DNA from: an uncultured Acidobacteriota bacterium
GTDB lineage: Bacteria; Acidobacteriota; Vicinamibacteria; Vicinamibacterales; UBA8438
Direction: 5' to 3'
Assembly (NCBI GenBank): GCA_913043225.1
Contig: CAJWLU010000047.1
Location: 1 to 10,971 of the forward strand
Length of the DNA: 10,971 bases
The notes under the pieces are model-generated. The model had not been told where the DNA came from and made no database searches. It was given only the letters and a program-made list of their open reading frames with translations. The position numbers and the translations under genes were made by a program. This document shows, one piece after another, positions 1-9,113 of this stretch. Positions within the stretch are counted from its first letter, which is position 1. Every line of letters starts with the position of its first letter.

Positions 1-88
1 TCGCGTCAAGTCCTCGTTCGTGGCAGGCGCGGATGATGCGGCAGGCGATTTCGCCCCGGTTGGCTACCAGCACCCGGCGAAGACTCAC
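1..88 (-). CDS. Biotin carboxylase subunit of an acyl-CoA carboxylase (methylcrotonyl-CoA carboxylase alpha, LiuD/MccA-like); 5' end only, runs off the window
   Basis: Manual translation from GTG at 88-86 gives MSLRRVLVANRGEIACRIIRACHERGLDA, the canonical 'ANRGEIA' biotin carboxylase N-terminus. The start overlaps the upstream stop (GTGA at 88-85). Not in the ORF track because it is truncated. Confidence 0.93.
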   Translation of the reverse strand, partial: MSLRRVLVANRGEIACRIIRACHERGLDA

Positions 89-285
89 GAACCGTTGTCC
101 TTGAGCCACTCCGAGGCCCGTTTATCGAGGAAGGCCAGCATCCCGTCCTGAACGGTCGCGTCGGCCCACTGGGTGAGCGCGGTAATCACGGTGTCGTCCA
201 GCGCGTTCCGCACCCCGGGCCGGTGCAGCGTGACGTAGTCGACGCCAGATTCACGCCGGACGATGAACGGAGTGCTCGGAGTCAT
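85..285 (-). pseudogene. Internally deleted enoyl-CoA hydratase (methylglutaconyl-CoA hydratase, LiuC-like) remnant, 66 aa
   Basis: The N-terminal crotonase motif VTLHRPGVRNALD is joined directly to the C-terminal crotonase motif QDGMLAFLDKR..W. The catalytic core is absent. It lies between the carboxylase beta and alpha genes, where liuC normally sits. Confidence 0.8.
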
Positions 286-290
286 GGCGC

Positions 291-1898
291 TTACATTCTG
301 AAGACACCGAACCGAGACCGCTCAATCCCGGCGCCAGCGGCCGTGGCCAGTCCCAGCGCCAGTGCGGCACGGGTTTCTCCCGTGGTGAGGATCCCGTCGT
401 CCCAGAGTCGCGCGGTCGAGTAGTAGGGGGACCCCTCTCGTTCGTACTGCTCGACGATCGGTGCGCGGATGGCGGCTTCGTTTTCGGCGGTCCAGGGCTC
501 GTTACGCTGCGCATGCTGGTCGCGTTTCACCGTGACCAGCACGTCGGCCGCCTGGGTACCGCCCATAACAGAGATCCGGGCGTTGGGCCACATCCACAGG
601 AGCCTCGGATCGTAGGCGCGCCCGCACATGCCATAGTTGCCGGCGCCGAACGAGCCGCCGATTACCATCGTGAATTTCGGTACCGCCGCGTTGGCGACCG
701 CGTGCACCATTTTGGCGCCTTCCTTCGCAATGCCTGCGCGTTCGTACTCCTTGCCCACCATGAAGCCGGTGATGTGTTGCAGGAAGAGCAGCGGGACATT
801 CCGCATCGAACACAGCTGAATGAAGTGGGTCGCCTTGAGCGCCGACTCGGAGAAGAGCACGCCGTTGTTGGCGACCACCCCAACGAGATGTCCGTGGAGC
901 CTCGCGAAGCCGGTCACAAGAGTCGCACCGTAGCGTTGCTTGAACTCTTCGAACCGAGAGCCGTCGACCAGTCGAGCGAGCACCTCGCGCACGTCGAACT
1001 GCCGACGCAGGTCTACCCCCACGATGCCCCCGAGCTCGTCCGGGTCGTACCGAGGGTCCTCGGGTGTCGTGACGTCGCGCGCCGGCACGGGTAAGGTGTG
1101 GAGCGTAGAGACGATCGTGCGGGCCTGGCGCAACGCGTCGCGGTCGTCGGTTGCTAGGTAGTCGGCGACGCCTGACAGCCCGGTGTGCACTTCGGCGCCA
1201 CCCAGTTCCTCGCCCGACACGTCTTCGCCCGTCGCCGCTTTTACCAGCGGCGGCCCGCCTAGGAAGATAGTGCCCGTACCCTGGACGATGACGGTCTCAT
1301 CGGACATGGCTGGAACGTAGGCGCCACCGGCCGTGCAGGACCCCATGACTACCGCGATCTGCGCGATGCCTTCCGCTGACAGCCGTGCTTGGTTGAAGAA
1401 GATACGTCCGAAGTTTTCCCGATCCGGAAAGACCTCAGCCTGTCGGGGAAGATAGGCCCCGCCGGAATCAACCAGGTAGAGGCAGGGGAGACGATTCTCG
1501 AACGCGATCTGTTGCGCGCGCAGGTGCTTCTTGACCGTGATGGGATAGTAGGTGCCGCCCTTTACGGTGGCATCATTGGCTACCACCATCACGGTGCGGC
1601 CCGAGACTCGGCCAATGCCGGTCACCAACCCGGCGCCTGGCGCGGCGTTGTCATAGAGCCCGCCGGCTGCTAGCGGCGACAGTTCGAGAAAGGGCGTGTC
1701 TGGATCGAGTAGATGCGTCAGGCGTTCCCTGACTGGGAGCTTGCCCCGGTCGCGGTGCCGGGTCATCGCCCGCTCGCCGCCGCCCTCTCGCACTTGCGCC
1801 CGCCGGTCGGCCAGGTCGCGCTCGAGCTCCCGCATCGCGGCCTGATTCGCCTTGAAGTCGTCACTCCTGGTGTCGATCGTCGTAGGAAGGATACGCAT
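291..1898 (-). CDS. liuB: Methylcrotonyl-CoA carboxylase beta (carboxyltransferase) subunit
   Basis: 535 aa. Contains [85 protein letters not shown] and ends in FGVFRM, all typical of MccB/LiuB. Confidence 0.95.
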   Translation of the reverse strand: MRILPTTIDTRSDDFKANQAAMRELERDLADRRAQVREGGGERAMTRHRDRGKLPVRERLTHLLDPDTPFLELSPLAAGGLYDNAAPGAGLVTGIGRVSGRTVMVVANDATVKGGTYYPITVKKHLRAQQIAFENRLPCLYLVDSGGAYLPRQAEVFPDRENFGRIFFNQARLSAEGIAQIAVVMGSCTAGGAYVPAMSDETVIVQGTGTIFLGGPPLVKAATGEDVSGEELGGAEVHTGLSGVADYLATDDRDALRQARTIVSTLHTLPVPARDVTTPEDPRYDPDELGGIVGVDLRRQFDVREVLARLVDGSRFEEFKQRYGATLVTGFARLHGHLVGVVANNGVLFSESALKATHFIQLCSMRNVPLLFLQHITGFMVGKEYERAGIAKEGAKMVHAVANAAVPKFTMVIGGSFGAGNYGMCGRAYDPRLLWMWPNARISVMGGTQAADVLVTVKRDQHAQRNEPWTAENEAAIRAPIVEQYEREGSPYYSTARLWDDGILTTGETRAALALGLATAAGAGIERSRFGVFRM

Positions 1899-2011
1899 GC
1901 GTCACCGCTAGGAGTCTGAAGCTACGTCAATGGGAGCCGTTCGTTCGTTGACGCAGGCTTAACCTCTGCCTCGTGGTTTAGCCGGCAGCCTGACGTCTCT
2001 TGGTAGTCCGT

Positions 2012-2182
2012 TTACCATCCGCAGCAGTCTGTCTTGTAGCGGCATTGGGGGCACCGCCACACGGCGTGCATCCTGAACATCTCAGCGCCGCATCGCTCGC
2101 ACAGAACCGCGTCAGCATGGGGCTGCTTGGCGGCCGTCGTGGTGGTGGGGGGGGGCGGTGAGGTGGAGACGGGCTTGGGCAT
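2012..2182 (-). CDS. Small Cys-rich putative zinc-finger protein (56 aa), probably leaderless
   Basis: MPKPV...CERC-x12-CPQC-RYKTDCCGW. The ATG at 2182 lies 7 nt downstream of a perfect TATAAT. The longer track start (2245) adds only non-protein-like sequence. Confidence 0.72.
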   Translation of the reverse strand: MPKPVSTSPPPPTTTTAAKQPHADAVLCERCGAEMFRMHAVWRCPQCRYKTDCCGW

Positions 2183-2189
2183 GTCCGGC

Positions 2190-2195
2190 ATTATA
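2190..2195 (-). promoter_or_regulatory. Sigma70-type -10 box (TATAAT) for the zinc-finger gene
   Basis: Minus strand reads TATAAT-gccggac-ATG. No well-spaced -35 seen. Confidence 0.6.
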
Positions 2196-2250
2196 GCGCC
2201 GCGATCTCTTCCGCCTGGCCAAGCGCTTCCGCGTCGCCGTCCCAATCCGG

Positions 2251-2256
2251 TATGCT
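2251..2256 (+). promoter_or_regulatory. Putative -10 box (TATGCT) for the YtxH operon
   Basis: ggTATGCT lies 9 nt before ATG 2266 with no Shine-Dalgarno. It is divergent from the TATAAT at 2195. Confidence 0.45.
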
Positions 2257-2265
2257 GTCAGGGCT

Positions 2266-2541
2266 ATGGATGAACGGTCTCGCGTGTTGTTGTCGTCGCT
2301 GCTGGGTGCGGCGCTGGGTGGGGTAGTCGGCTATCTGTATCTGACCGACCAAGGGCGCAAAGTACGGCAGGGCATCGAGCCAACCTTGGATGCCATCGCC
2401 GGCGAGCTTCAGCGCGCGCGCGATGCGGGAGACAAGGTGCGGAACGTCGCCCAGGAGGGGCAGAGGACCCTCAACAGTCTGATCGGTGAGGACCGCGCCA
2501 GCGCCTGGCACTCGAGCGATTATCAGCAAGCCTCGTCGTGA
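2266..2541 (+). CDS. YtxH-domain membrane protein
   Basis: N-terminal TM helix LLGAALGGVVGYLYLT followed by 'DQGRKVR' (YtxH G-x-x-x-R motif) and a helical tail. It sits next to a yihY gene, a common pairing. Confidence 0.75.
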   Translation: MDERSRVLLSSLLGAALGGVVGYLYLTDQGRKVRQGIEPTLDAIAGELQRARDAGDKVRNVAQEGQRTLNSLIGEDRASAWHSSDYQQASS

Positions 2542-3464
2542 TTGGACGGCCGCCCTCGCCCGGGGGCGTTGTCAGTCGCGCCCAGCGGGCCCTCGAGGGG
2601 ATCGGCCGCGCGGCGGTAAGAGACGCCCACGATGCGGCACACGCCTCCTGGGTGGCGCTTCGCCGCCTGGGCGAGAGCGACGATCTCACCTTCGCTTCTT
2701 CCATCGCCTACTACGCGCTCCTTTCCCTCTTTCCGGTCCTGCTGCTGCTCTTCGCCCTGCTGGGCAAAGTCACCTCGGATCCGGCCGTGCACGATCTGGT
2801 CGTGCGTTTTCTGCTGGGCTATTTTCCGCAGCGTGCGGACTTTATCGCCGCGCAGCTCGACGAGGTGCGTGGGGCTAGTCTGGGTCTGGGACTGGCCGGC
2901 TTCGTGGTCAGTCTCTCGACCGCTCTCGGTGTGTTTCGCGCGATCAGTTCGGCGGTCAATCACGCCTGGGGTGTCGAGAGGCGTCGAAGCTTTTTCCGAC
3001 ACGAGGGTGTGGCGTTCATGATGCTGGTGGCGGCCGGCCTGGTGATGTTGATAGCACTGGTCTTCGCCAGCGTCGGCGCGATGGTGACCACCAACTGGTT
3101 TCCCCAGTTGGTGGAGACCGTACCGGGTTTGGCGTGTCTGGTCGATCTGGCCTTCCGTTATCCTGCCACGGTGCTCCTGGTCGTGGTCGTCGGTCTGATC
3201 CAGTACTTCGTCCCGAACACCGAGGTTCGCTTACGTCAGATCTGGCTTGGAGCGCTACTGACTGGCGTGCTGTGGCGGCTCGCGCTCGAGGGCTTCTCCT
3301 GGTATCTCGGGCTGGGCGGAGGCACGATCCACGGGTCGATCGCCGCGATCGTCGTGTTCCTGGTCTGGGTCTACGTCTCCTCGGTTATCCTGCTGTACGG
3401 TGTAGAGTTCTCCGCAGCCTTCGCCCGTGAGCGTGAAGATTTCGTTCGTCCAGGGCTGGTGTGA
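2538..3464 (+). CDS. YihY/virulence factor BrkB family inner-membrane protein
   Basis: Motifs ASSIAYYALLSLFP, A(V)NHAW, YFVPN, HGSIAAIVVFLVWVY..ILLYGVEF and multiple TM helices. GTGA overlap with the YtxH stop; the exact start is uncertain. Confidence 0.92.
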   Translation: MIGRPPSPGGVVSRAQRALEGIGRAAVRDAHDAAHASWVALRRLGESDDLTFASSIAYYALLSLFPVLLLLFALLGKVTSDPAVHDLVVRFLLGYFPQRADFIAAQLDEVRGASLGLGLAGFVVSLSTALGVFRAISSAVNHAWGVERRRSFFRHEGVAFMMLVAAGLVMLIALVFASVGAMVTTNWFPQLVETVPGLACLVDLAFRYPATVLLVVVVGLIQYFVPNTEVRLRQIWLGALLTGVLWRLALEGFSWYLGLGGGTIHGSIAAIVVFLVWVYVSSVILLYGVEFSAAFAREREDFVRPGLV

Positions 3465-3480
3465 CCTGGCCAGGACCCGT

Positions 3481-3515
3481 TCCTGTCTCCTGATACCTGT
3501 CTCCTGTATTCTTGA
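3481..3515. repeat. Degenerate 7-bp tandem repeat, 5 copies (consensus about TCCTGWH)
   Basis: tcctgtc tcctgat acctgtc tcctgta ttcttga, ending 3 nt before the pheA ATG. Confidence 0.7.
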
Positions 3516-3518
3516 CTG

Positions 3519-4337
3519 ATGCGTATCGCATATCAGGGGGAGTCCGGGGCCTACTCCGAAGCAGCCGCGCTCCGTTTCAGTCCGTCGGCCGAAGTGCTGC
3601 CGCGGGAGAGCTTCGAAGCCGTGTTTGTGGCGGTAGAGGAGGGTGCGGCCACCCACGGCATCCTGCCTATCGAGAACACGATCGGGGGCACGATTCACGA
3701 GAACTACGACTTGCTGCTCCGGAACGATCTGCCGATCGTCGCTGAGGTGAAGCAGCCGGTGTCGCATAACCTCCTGGTGCTGGAAGGTACTACCAAGGAG
3801 ATGCTACGCCGTGTCTACTCGCACCCGCAGGGTCTACGTCAGTGTGAGCGGTTCCTACGCACGCTAGACGTGGAACTGGTGGCCACCTACGACACCGCTG
3901 GCAGCGCCAAGATGATCCAGGAAGGGCAGCTCAAGGGCACCGGAGCCATCGCCTCGGAGCGGGCGGCCGAGATGTTCAAGCTGTCGGTCCTCGAGGCTGG
4001 GGTGCAGGACTTTGCCGGCAATACGACCCGGTTCATCCTCGTGGGACGCGACAGCACTCCGCTGGGTGAGGCGAACAAGACCACGGTCGTGTTCACGGTG
4101 CCCAACAGCGCTGGCGCGTTATTCAAGGCGCTGAGCGTGTTCGCGCTGCGCGATATCGACTTGACGAAGCTCGAGTCTCGGCCGATTCCAGAGCGTCCGT
4201 TCGAGTATCTCTTCTATATTGACCTCGACGCCAGTCGTGACGAACTGCCGTGCGAGCGGGCCCTCATGCATCTGGCCGAGTTTGCGCCCTCGGTGCGCAC
4301 GCTCGGTTCGTACCCGCGCTGGCAGGATCCCGAGTAG
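3519..4337 (+). CDS. pheA: Monofunctional prephenate dehydratase (PDT + ACT domain)
   Basis: 272 aa with [30 protein letters not shown], the catalytic NTTRF and the ACT-domain LTKLESRP. No chorismate mutase domain. Confidence 0.96.
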   Translation: MRIAYQGESGAYSEAAALRFSPSAEVLPRESFEAVFVAVEEGAATHGILPIENTIGGTIHENYDLLLRNDLPIVAEVKQPVSHNLLVLEGTTKEMLRRVYSHPQGLRQCERFLRTLDVELVATYDTAGSAKMIQEGQLKGTGAIASERAAEMFKLSVLEAGVQDFAGNTTRFILVGRDSTPLGEANKTTVVFTVPNSAGALFKALSVFALRDIDLTKLESRPIPERPFEYLFYIDLDASRDELPCERALMHLAEFAPSVRTLGSYPRWQDPE

Positions 4338-6505
4338 TGCCCAATCGTCTGGCCGCTGAGCCGAGTCCGTATCTGCTCCAGCACGCCGAGAATCCGGTTG
4401 ACTGGTATCCCTGGGGCGAGGAGGCGTTCGTCCGCGCGCGCGACCAGGGGCGGCCCATTTTCCTGTCGATCGGTTACTCGACCTGTCACTGGTGTCACGT
4501 GATGGAGCACGAGTCGTTCGAGAGCGACGAGGTCGCAGCCGTGCTTAATGAGCGGTTCGTGCCGATCAAGGTCGACCGCGAGGAGCGACCGGACGTGGAC
4601 CGGGTTTACATGGCGTTTGTGCAGGCGACCACGGGGGCTGGCGGGTGGCCGATGAGTGTCTGGCTGACCCCCGATCTGAAGCCGTTTTACGGCGGCACCT
4701 ACTTTCCGCCCAGCGCCCGGTGGGGGCGTCCGGGGTTCATCGAGATCCTCCAGGAGATCGACCGCACGTGGCAGGAGTCGCGCGACAAGCTGGCGGCCTC
4801 AGCCGATGGCGTGATCGAACGATTGCGGGACATTCAGACCGGCCGGCAGCAGGCGGGTGGACGCATCCCAGACGAGGCGACGCTCGAGGCTGGCGTGCGC
4901 GAGTATGCCCAGGTGTTTGACCATCACAGCGGCGGGTTTGGCGACGCCCCGAAGTTTCCTCGGCCGGCCGAGTTGTTGTTCCTGTTGCGCGAGTACGCCC
5001 GCACCGGTGCGGCTGATGCGAGACATATGGTGCTCGAAACCCTCCGGCCGATGGCCCTCGGCGGGATGCGGGACCATGTTGGCGGTGGGTTCCACCGCTA
5101 CTCGGTCGATGCGGCCTGGCGGGTTCCACACTTCGAGAAAATGCTCTACGACCAGGCGCAGCTGGTGCTCGCCTGCCTTGAGGCGGCGCAGGCGGTCGCC
5201 GACCCCTCCTTCGCGGCGGTGGCCGACGACACGCTGGCCTATGTCCGTCGGGAGCTCACTCATCCTGAGGGTGGTTTCTGTTCGGCCGAAGATGCCGACA
5301 GCGTGCCGCCAGAGCGTGCGAGCGACGCGGATGCGCCTCGTACCGAGGGTGCGTTCTACGTCTGGAGCCAGGCCGAGATCGACCGGCTGTTCGGTGATGA
5401 CGCCGACGTGGTTCGCATACGCTACGGCATCAATGCCGACGGCAACGCTCCGCAGGATCCTCATGGGGAGTTCGCAGGGAAGAACCTGCTCTATGTGGCG
5501 CGGCCGGTGGCCGAGGTGGTCGAAGAGACCGGCCGTACACCCGAGGCGGTCCAGGCCGTGCTCGACGGAACCCGTTCGCGACTGTTCGATGCCCGGGCGA
5601 CGCGACCGCGGCCGCACCTTGACGACAAGGTGCTGTCTGGCTGGAACGGGTTGACGATTGCCGCCTTTTCGCGTGCGGTCAGAATGAGTCCGCTGGACCA
5701 GCCGGCCCGCGGAGCGGCGCTCGACACCGCAGTTCGGGCGGCGACCTTTCTCCGCGAGCGGCTTTGGGACCCCAAGCGGAGCCGCCTGCTGCGTCGCTGG
5801 CGCGACGGACGCGCCGACATTGACGCGTATGGTGAGGACTATGCCAGCGTCGTTTGGGGTCTGCTCGAGTTGTTTCAGGCGTCGAGCGACCCGATATGGC
5901 TCGACTGGGCCTCCGAACTCCAGGCGGTGCAGACGGCCCTTTTCTGGGACGAGGCCGATGGCGGCTGGTACAGCACCACCGGAGACGACCCCACCGTGCT
6001 CCTCCGAATGAAGGAGGACTACGACGGAGCCGAGCCTTCGGCTAGCGCCCTCACCGCCGGCAACCTACTGACCTGGGCGCACCTAGGTGGCGCCGGCGCG
6101 GCGGAGGCGGCCGACCGACTGGAACGCACCCTGGCCAGGGTGGCAGCCACGCCGCAGGCGGCCCGAGTGATGCCGTTGTTGATGGCCAGCGTCTCGGTGT
6201 ATCGCGCCGGCGTTCCGCAGATCGTGGTGGTGGGCGAGCGCTCGGATCCAGGCGCCGTGGCGCTCCATCAGGTGGTGACCGGCATGTATCTACCAGGCGC
6301 CGTGACCCTAGTCGTTGAGCCGGGGGCGAAGCAGGCAGCTCTGGCCGAGCGACTGCCTTGGGTCGCCGCGCTCGAACGCCATGATGGGCGCGCGACCGCA
6401 TATTTGTGCCGGCAATTTATGTGTGAGACTCCGGTGACCGAGCCGCAGGCTCTCGCCGCCCAGATCGAAGCGCTGATCGCGCACCGGGACGAGGAGGTCC
6501 AGTGA
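4337..6505 (+). CDS. Thioredoxin-domain protein, YyaL/DUF255 (SPATA20-like) family
   Basis: The true start is probably GTG 4337, overlapping the pheA TAG. Contains [65 protein letters not shown] and RPHLDDKVL; 722 aa. Confidence 0.95.
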   Translation: MPNRLAAEPSPYLLQHAENPVDWYPWGEEAFVRARDQGRPIFLSIGYSTCHWCHVMEHESFESDEVAAVLNERFVPIKVDREERPDVDRVYMAFVQATTGAGGWPMSVWLTPDLKPFYGGTYFPPSARWGRPGFIEILQEIDRTWQESRDKLAASADGVIERLRDIQTGRQQAGGRIPDEATLEAGVREYAQVFDHHSGGFGDAPKFPRPAELLFLLREYARTGAADARHMVLETLRPMALGGMRDHVGGGFHRYSVDAAWRVPHFEKMLYDQAQLVLACLEAAQAVADPSFAAVADDTLAYVRRELTHPEGGFCSAEDADSVPPERASDADAPRTEGAFYVWSQAEIDRLFGDDADVVRIRYGINADGNAPQDPHGEFAGKNLLYVARPVAEVVEETGRTPEAVQAVLDGTRSRLFDARATRPRPHLDDKVLSGWNGLTIAAFSRAVRMSPLDQPARGAALDTAVRAATFLRERLWDPKRSRLLRRWRDGRADIDAYGEDYASVVWGLLELFQASSDPIWLDWASELQAVQTALFWDEADGGWYSTTGDDPTVLLRMKEDYDGAEPSASALTAGNLLTWAHLGGAGAAEAADRLERTLARVAATPQAARVMPLLMASVSVYRAGVPQIVVVGERSDPGAVALHQVVTGMYLPGAVTLVVEPGAKQAALAERLPWVAALERHDGRATAYLCRQFMCETPVTEPQALAAQIEALIAHRDEEVQ

Positions 6506-6855
6506 CGACGTTTAAGGTGGAAGTGCTGCTGAAGGGTACCGACGAGGTGGTGACCGAGACCGTCACCTACTCCGGCCATGACTCCCAAGGGTGGACGGAT
6601 GCCGACGTGCGAGAGGTTCTGCTCTCGACCCTGCGCGTGTTCGAACGTGTGGACAGTGGGGATGAGGCGGCGGGCACGGTCGCCTTACGTGGTCTGAGCT
6701 GGATCGTTACCGAGGCGCCCGGTGGAGTGGCCATCAATATCGAGATTCCTAGCGGCGCCATTGCTGCCGGGCCGTTCAGCTTGCCCGCCGATGAGCTTAC
6801 TCAGATGATTACCCGCGTGATTGCCTCGGGCGGCAAGCGCGAGGATGTGCACTGA
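6502..6855 (+). CDS. Hypothetical protein (117 aa)
   Basis: Strong SD GAGGAGG at 6491-6497, GTGA overlap with the yyaL stop, globular composition and host-like codon usage. Confidence 0.8.
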   Translation: MTTFKVEVLLKGTDEVVTETVTYSGHDSQGWTDADVREVLLSTLRVFERVDSGDEAAGTVALRGLSWIVTEAPGGVAINIEIPSGAIAAGPFSLPADELTQMITRVIASGGKREDVH

Positions 6856-6950
6856 CCTCGTTCGGCGACGCGGAGACGGCGCCTGGCGTGTCCGCTCCAC
6901 GTCGTCTCGGCGATACGCTCGAGGACGTCGGCCTCGGTTTCTTTGGTGCA

Positions 6951-6988
6951 CTCGGTCCCATCCGTGGATTCCCACGGCGCCGGCCGAG
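6951..6988. terminator. Possible hairpin between convergent genes
   Basis: CCGTGG-attc-CCACGG (6962-6977) nested within CTCGG...CCGAG. There is no clear U-tract. Confidence 0.3.
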
Positions 6989-6991
6989 CCG

Positions 6992-8971
6992 TCACGGTAG
7001 GCGGAACGCGACGAGTTCCGGTACGTCACCACCGACGGTCAGCGCGATGTACTGTGCGCCGTCCAGCATGTAAGTCATCGGCGTGCCGATGGCCGAAGCC
7101 GGTAGGTCGACCGATCCGAGAGGCTCACCCGTCGCCTTGTCTCTCGCCACCAGTCGTGGGCCGTCATTGGTGCCCCCGGCGGTCAGTGCGCTCACCAGCA
7201 ACGTTCGCGTCAGCAGCGGTCCGCCTTTCCCGTCCCCGCCGAGTGGAGGCAGGTCAAGGTCGCGCAGGCGTGGGTGGTTGCGTATCCGGTCACCATCCCC
7301 AAGCGGCTGCATCCAAGCGTGCTCGCCGGTGTTCAGATCGATGGCCGTCATTCGGGTGTAGGGCGGTTTGAGCAGTGGGAGTCCCTCCGGCATGCGCGGC
7401 TGGATGCCGGCCGCTAGACCCTGGAATGTGTAGCGCAGGTTCCCGCCGTCCGCCGGATCCGGTGTGTAGTACTTCAGCACCGAGAGCCGATTCATCGACG
7501 GTACGTACAGCAAGCCCGTCTCCGGGTCCACGGCAGCGCCGCTCCAGTTGGCGCCACCTCCAACGTGAGGCCGCTGGATGGTGCCCTGCATCCCGCTGTC
7601 GTAGCTGAGTGTCGGCGGCGAAAACAGCGGACCAAGGCGGAAGTTCTTGACCGCCTCGACTGCCATGGCGCGGATCTCGGGTGTGAAGTCGATTAGGTCA
7701 TCGATCGTGACGCCTTGATATTCGAACGGCGGCGGTTTGGTTGGAAACGGCTGGGTGGGCGAGAGCACCTCGCCTTCCATATCGGTGTCGGTGGCGACCG
7801 GCCGCTCCTCGATAGGCCACACCGGCTCGCCGGTGACCCTGTCGAACACGTAGGTGAAGCCCTGTTTGGATACCTGGGCCAGCGCCGGTACCTCGAGGCC
7901 GCCTACCCTGATGTCAGCCAGGTTCGGGGCGGCAGGGAAGTCGTAGTCCCAGACCCCGTGGTGCACCGCCTGGAAGTGCCACATGCGCTGACCGGTTAGG
8001 ATGTCGAGCGCCACGATGCTCTCGGCAAACAGGTTGTCGCCGAGCCGGTGGCCGCCGTAGTAGTCACCGGTCGGCGTGCCGGTGGGCAGGTAGACGTAGC
8101 CGTTTTCGTCGTCAACGCTGAGGAACGACCAGACGTTGGTATTGCCCGAGTATCGCCACGACTCGTTCAGCCAGGTGTCGGCCCCAAAGTCGTCGGCCTG
8201 CGGCACGGTACGGAACATCCACTTCGTGTCCCCCGTACGAGCGTCCACCCCCTTCAGCCACCCAGGTGGCGCTTCCTTGGCGATAGCGCCGTCCGAGATC
8301 ACGTTCGGCGTCACCACTACGTCGTGGGCTACGATCGGTGCCGAGGCGACGCCCATCAGGTTTTGCCCCCGCCGGCCAGTTTCTCCTCGCTCGGCGCGAG
8401 GGATGCCCGCCATCAAATCGACGCGACCGTTGTCGCCAAAGTCGGCGATCGGAGTCCCGGTCGAAGCGTCGAGTGCCAGCAGATACGCCTCATGAGTGCC
8501 GAAGAAGATGCGGCGATCGTTGCCATCTTCCCAGTACGCCACACCACGCGAGTTGTAGAAGTGCGTGGGCCGGGCGTTCAAATACATCTCCGGATCGTGT
8601 ACCCAGAGCGTTTCGCCGCTAGCGGCGTCGATGGCTGCTACCTGGTGGAGTGCGGTCGAAATATAGAGGACGCCATCGACCATTAGTGGCGTCGCCTGGA
8701 ACATACGGAACTGGATACGTGGCACTTCTTCGCGAATTGTGTCGAGGTCCAGCGAGCCGTCAGCTGATTGCCAGCGCCAGTCGAGCTGGAGCGACGAGAA
8801 GTTGGAGCCGTTGATCTGGTCGAGGGGAGAATACTTGGTGCTGCCCAGGTCGCCCCCGTAGCTGCGCCATTCGCCGTTGGTGGCACCCTGCTGACCAGAG
8901 GCGAGAGCCGGCGCACCGGCGATGAGGGTGGGACAGAGCAGCACAATCACCGAGCATGAGAGCTTCGACAT
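6992..8971 (-). CDS. Exported PQQ-dependent dehydrogenase, quinoprotein glucose dehydrogenase-like beta-propeller (659 aa)
   Basis: SD AAGGAGG then ATG 8971 and a signal peptide. Contains EWRSYGGDLGSTKYSPLDQIN, FQATPLMVDGVLY, WHFQAVHHGVWDYD, GGANWSG, KPPY and TPMTY. It lacks the N-terminal multi-TM anchor of E. coli Gcd. Confidence 0.92.
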   Translation of the reverse strand: MSKLSCSVIVLLCPTLIAGAPALASGQQGATNGEWRSYGGDLGSTKYSPLDQINGSNFSSLQLDWRWQSADGSLDLDTIREEVPRIQFRMFQATPLMVDGVLYISTALHQVAAIDAASGETLWVHDPEMYLNARPTHFYNSRGVAYWEDGNDRRIFFGTHEAYLLALDASTGTPIADFGDNGRVDLMAGIPRAERGETGRRGQNLMGVASAPIVAHDVVVTPNVISDGAIAKEAPPGWLKGVDARTGDTKWMFRTVPQADDFGADTWLNESWRYSGNTNVWSFLSVDDENGYVYLPTGTPTGDYYGGHRLGDNLFAESIVALDILTGQRMWHFQAVHHGVWDYDFPAAPNLADIRVGGLEVPALAQVSKQGFTYVFDRVTGEPVWPIEERPVATDTDMEGEVLSPTQPFPTKPPPFEYQGVTIDDLIDFTPEIRAMAVEAVKNFRLGPLFSPPTLSYDSGMQGTIQRPHVGGGANWSGAAVDPETGLLYVPSMNRLSVLKYYTPDPADGGNLRYTFQGLAAGIQPRMPEGLPLLKPPYTRMTAIDLNTGEHAWMQPLGDGDRIRNHPRLRDLDLPPLGGDGKGGPLLTRTLLVSALTAGGTNDGPRLVARDKATGEPLGSVDLPASAIGTPMTYMLDGAQYIALTVGGDVPELVAFRLP

Positions 8972-9113
8972 CAGTCCCTCCTTGGTGTCCCACCGGTCAC
9001 CTGATACCGGACACCGCTGGACGTGATCAGTCTGGCGTGGACGGCGTGCGCCCATTAGACACCCTTCCAGGGGGAAGGTCCAGCAATCGCCGGTTCTTGA
9101 CGAGGGTGGCGGG

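Noticed and set aside
1915..1953. CGTCAA-n17-TTGACG inverted repeat upstream of liuB as a LiuR operator
   Set aside because: Only a half-site (ACGTCAA) resembles the LiuR palindrome, and the half-sites face the wrong way with too long a spacer. It may be a weak hairpin, but the evidence is insufficient.
4250..4336. N-terminal extension of the YyaL ORF in the track (751 aa)
   Set aside because: It overlaps the pheA 3' end. Family similarity begins at PNRL, so GTG 4337 is the better start.
7930..7965. WDYD motif as a sign of lanthanide dependence
   Set aside because: The D-x-D rule applies to XoxF/ExaF-type alcohol dehydrogenases. WD[YM]D is general in the glucose dehydrogenase-type family, and this protein lacks the vicinal disulfide.
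513..8686. Long antisense or alternate-frame ORFs (e.g. 513-1094, 4799-5617, 4857-5654, 8048-8686)
   Set aside because: Shadow ORFs expected in high-GC coding DNA. All lie within well-supported genes.
9063..9078. CCTTCC-aggg-GGAAGG palindrome between the PQQ gene and the tRNA
   Set aside because: A 6-bp GC-rich stem can occur by chance, and I recognise no matching regulator motif.
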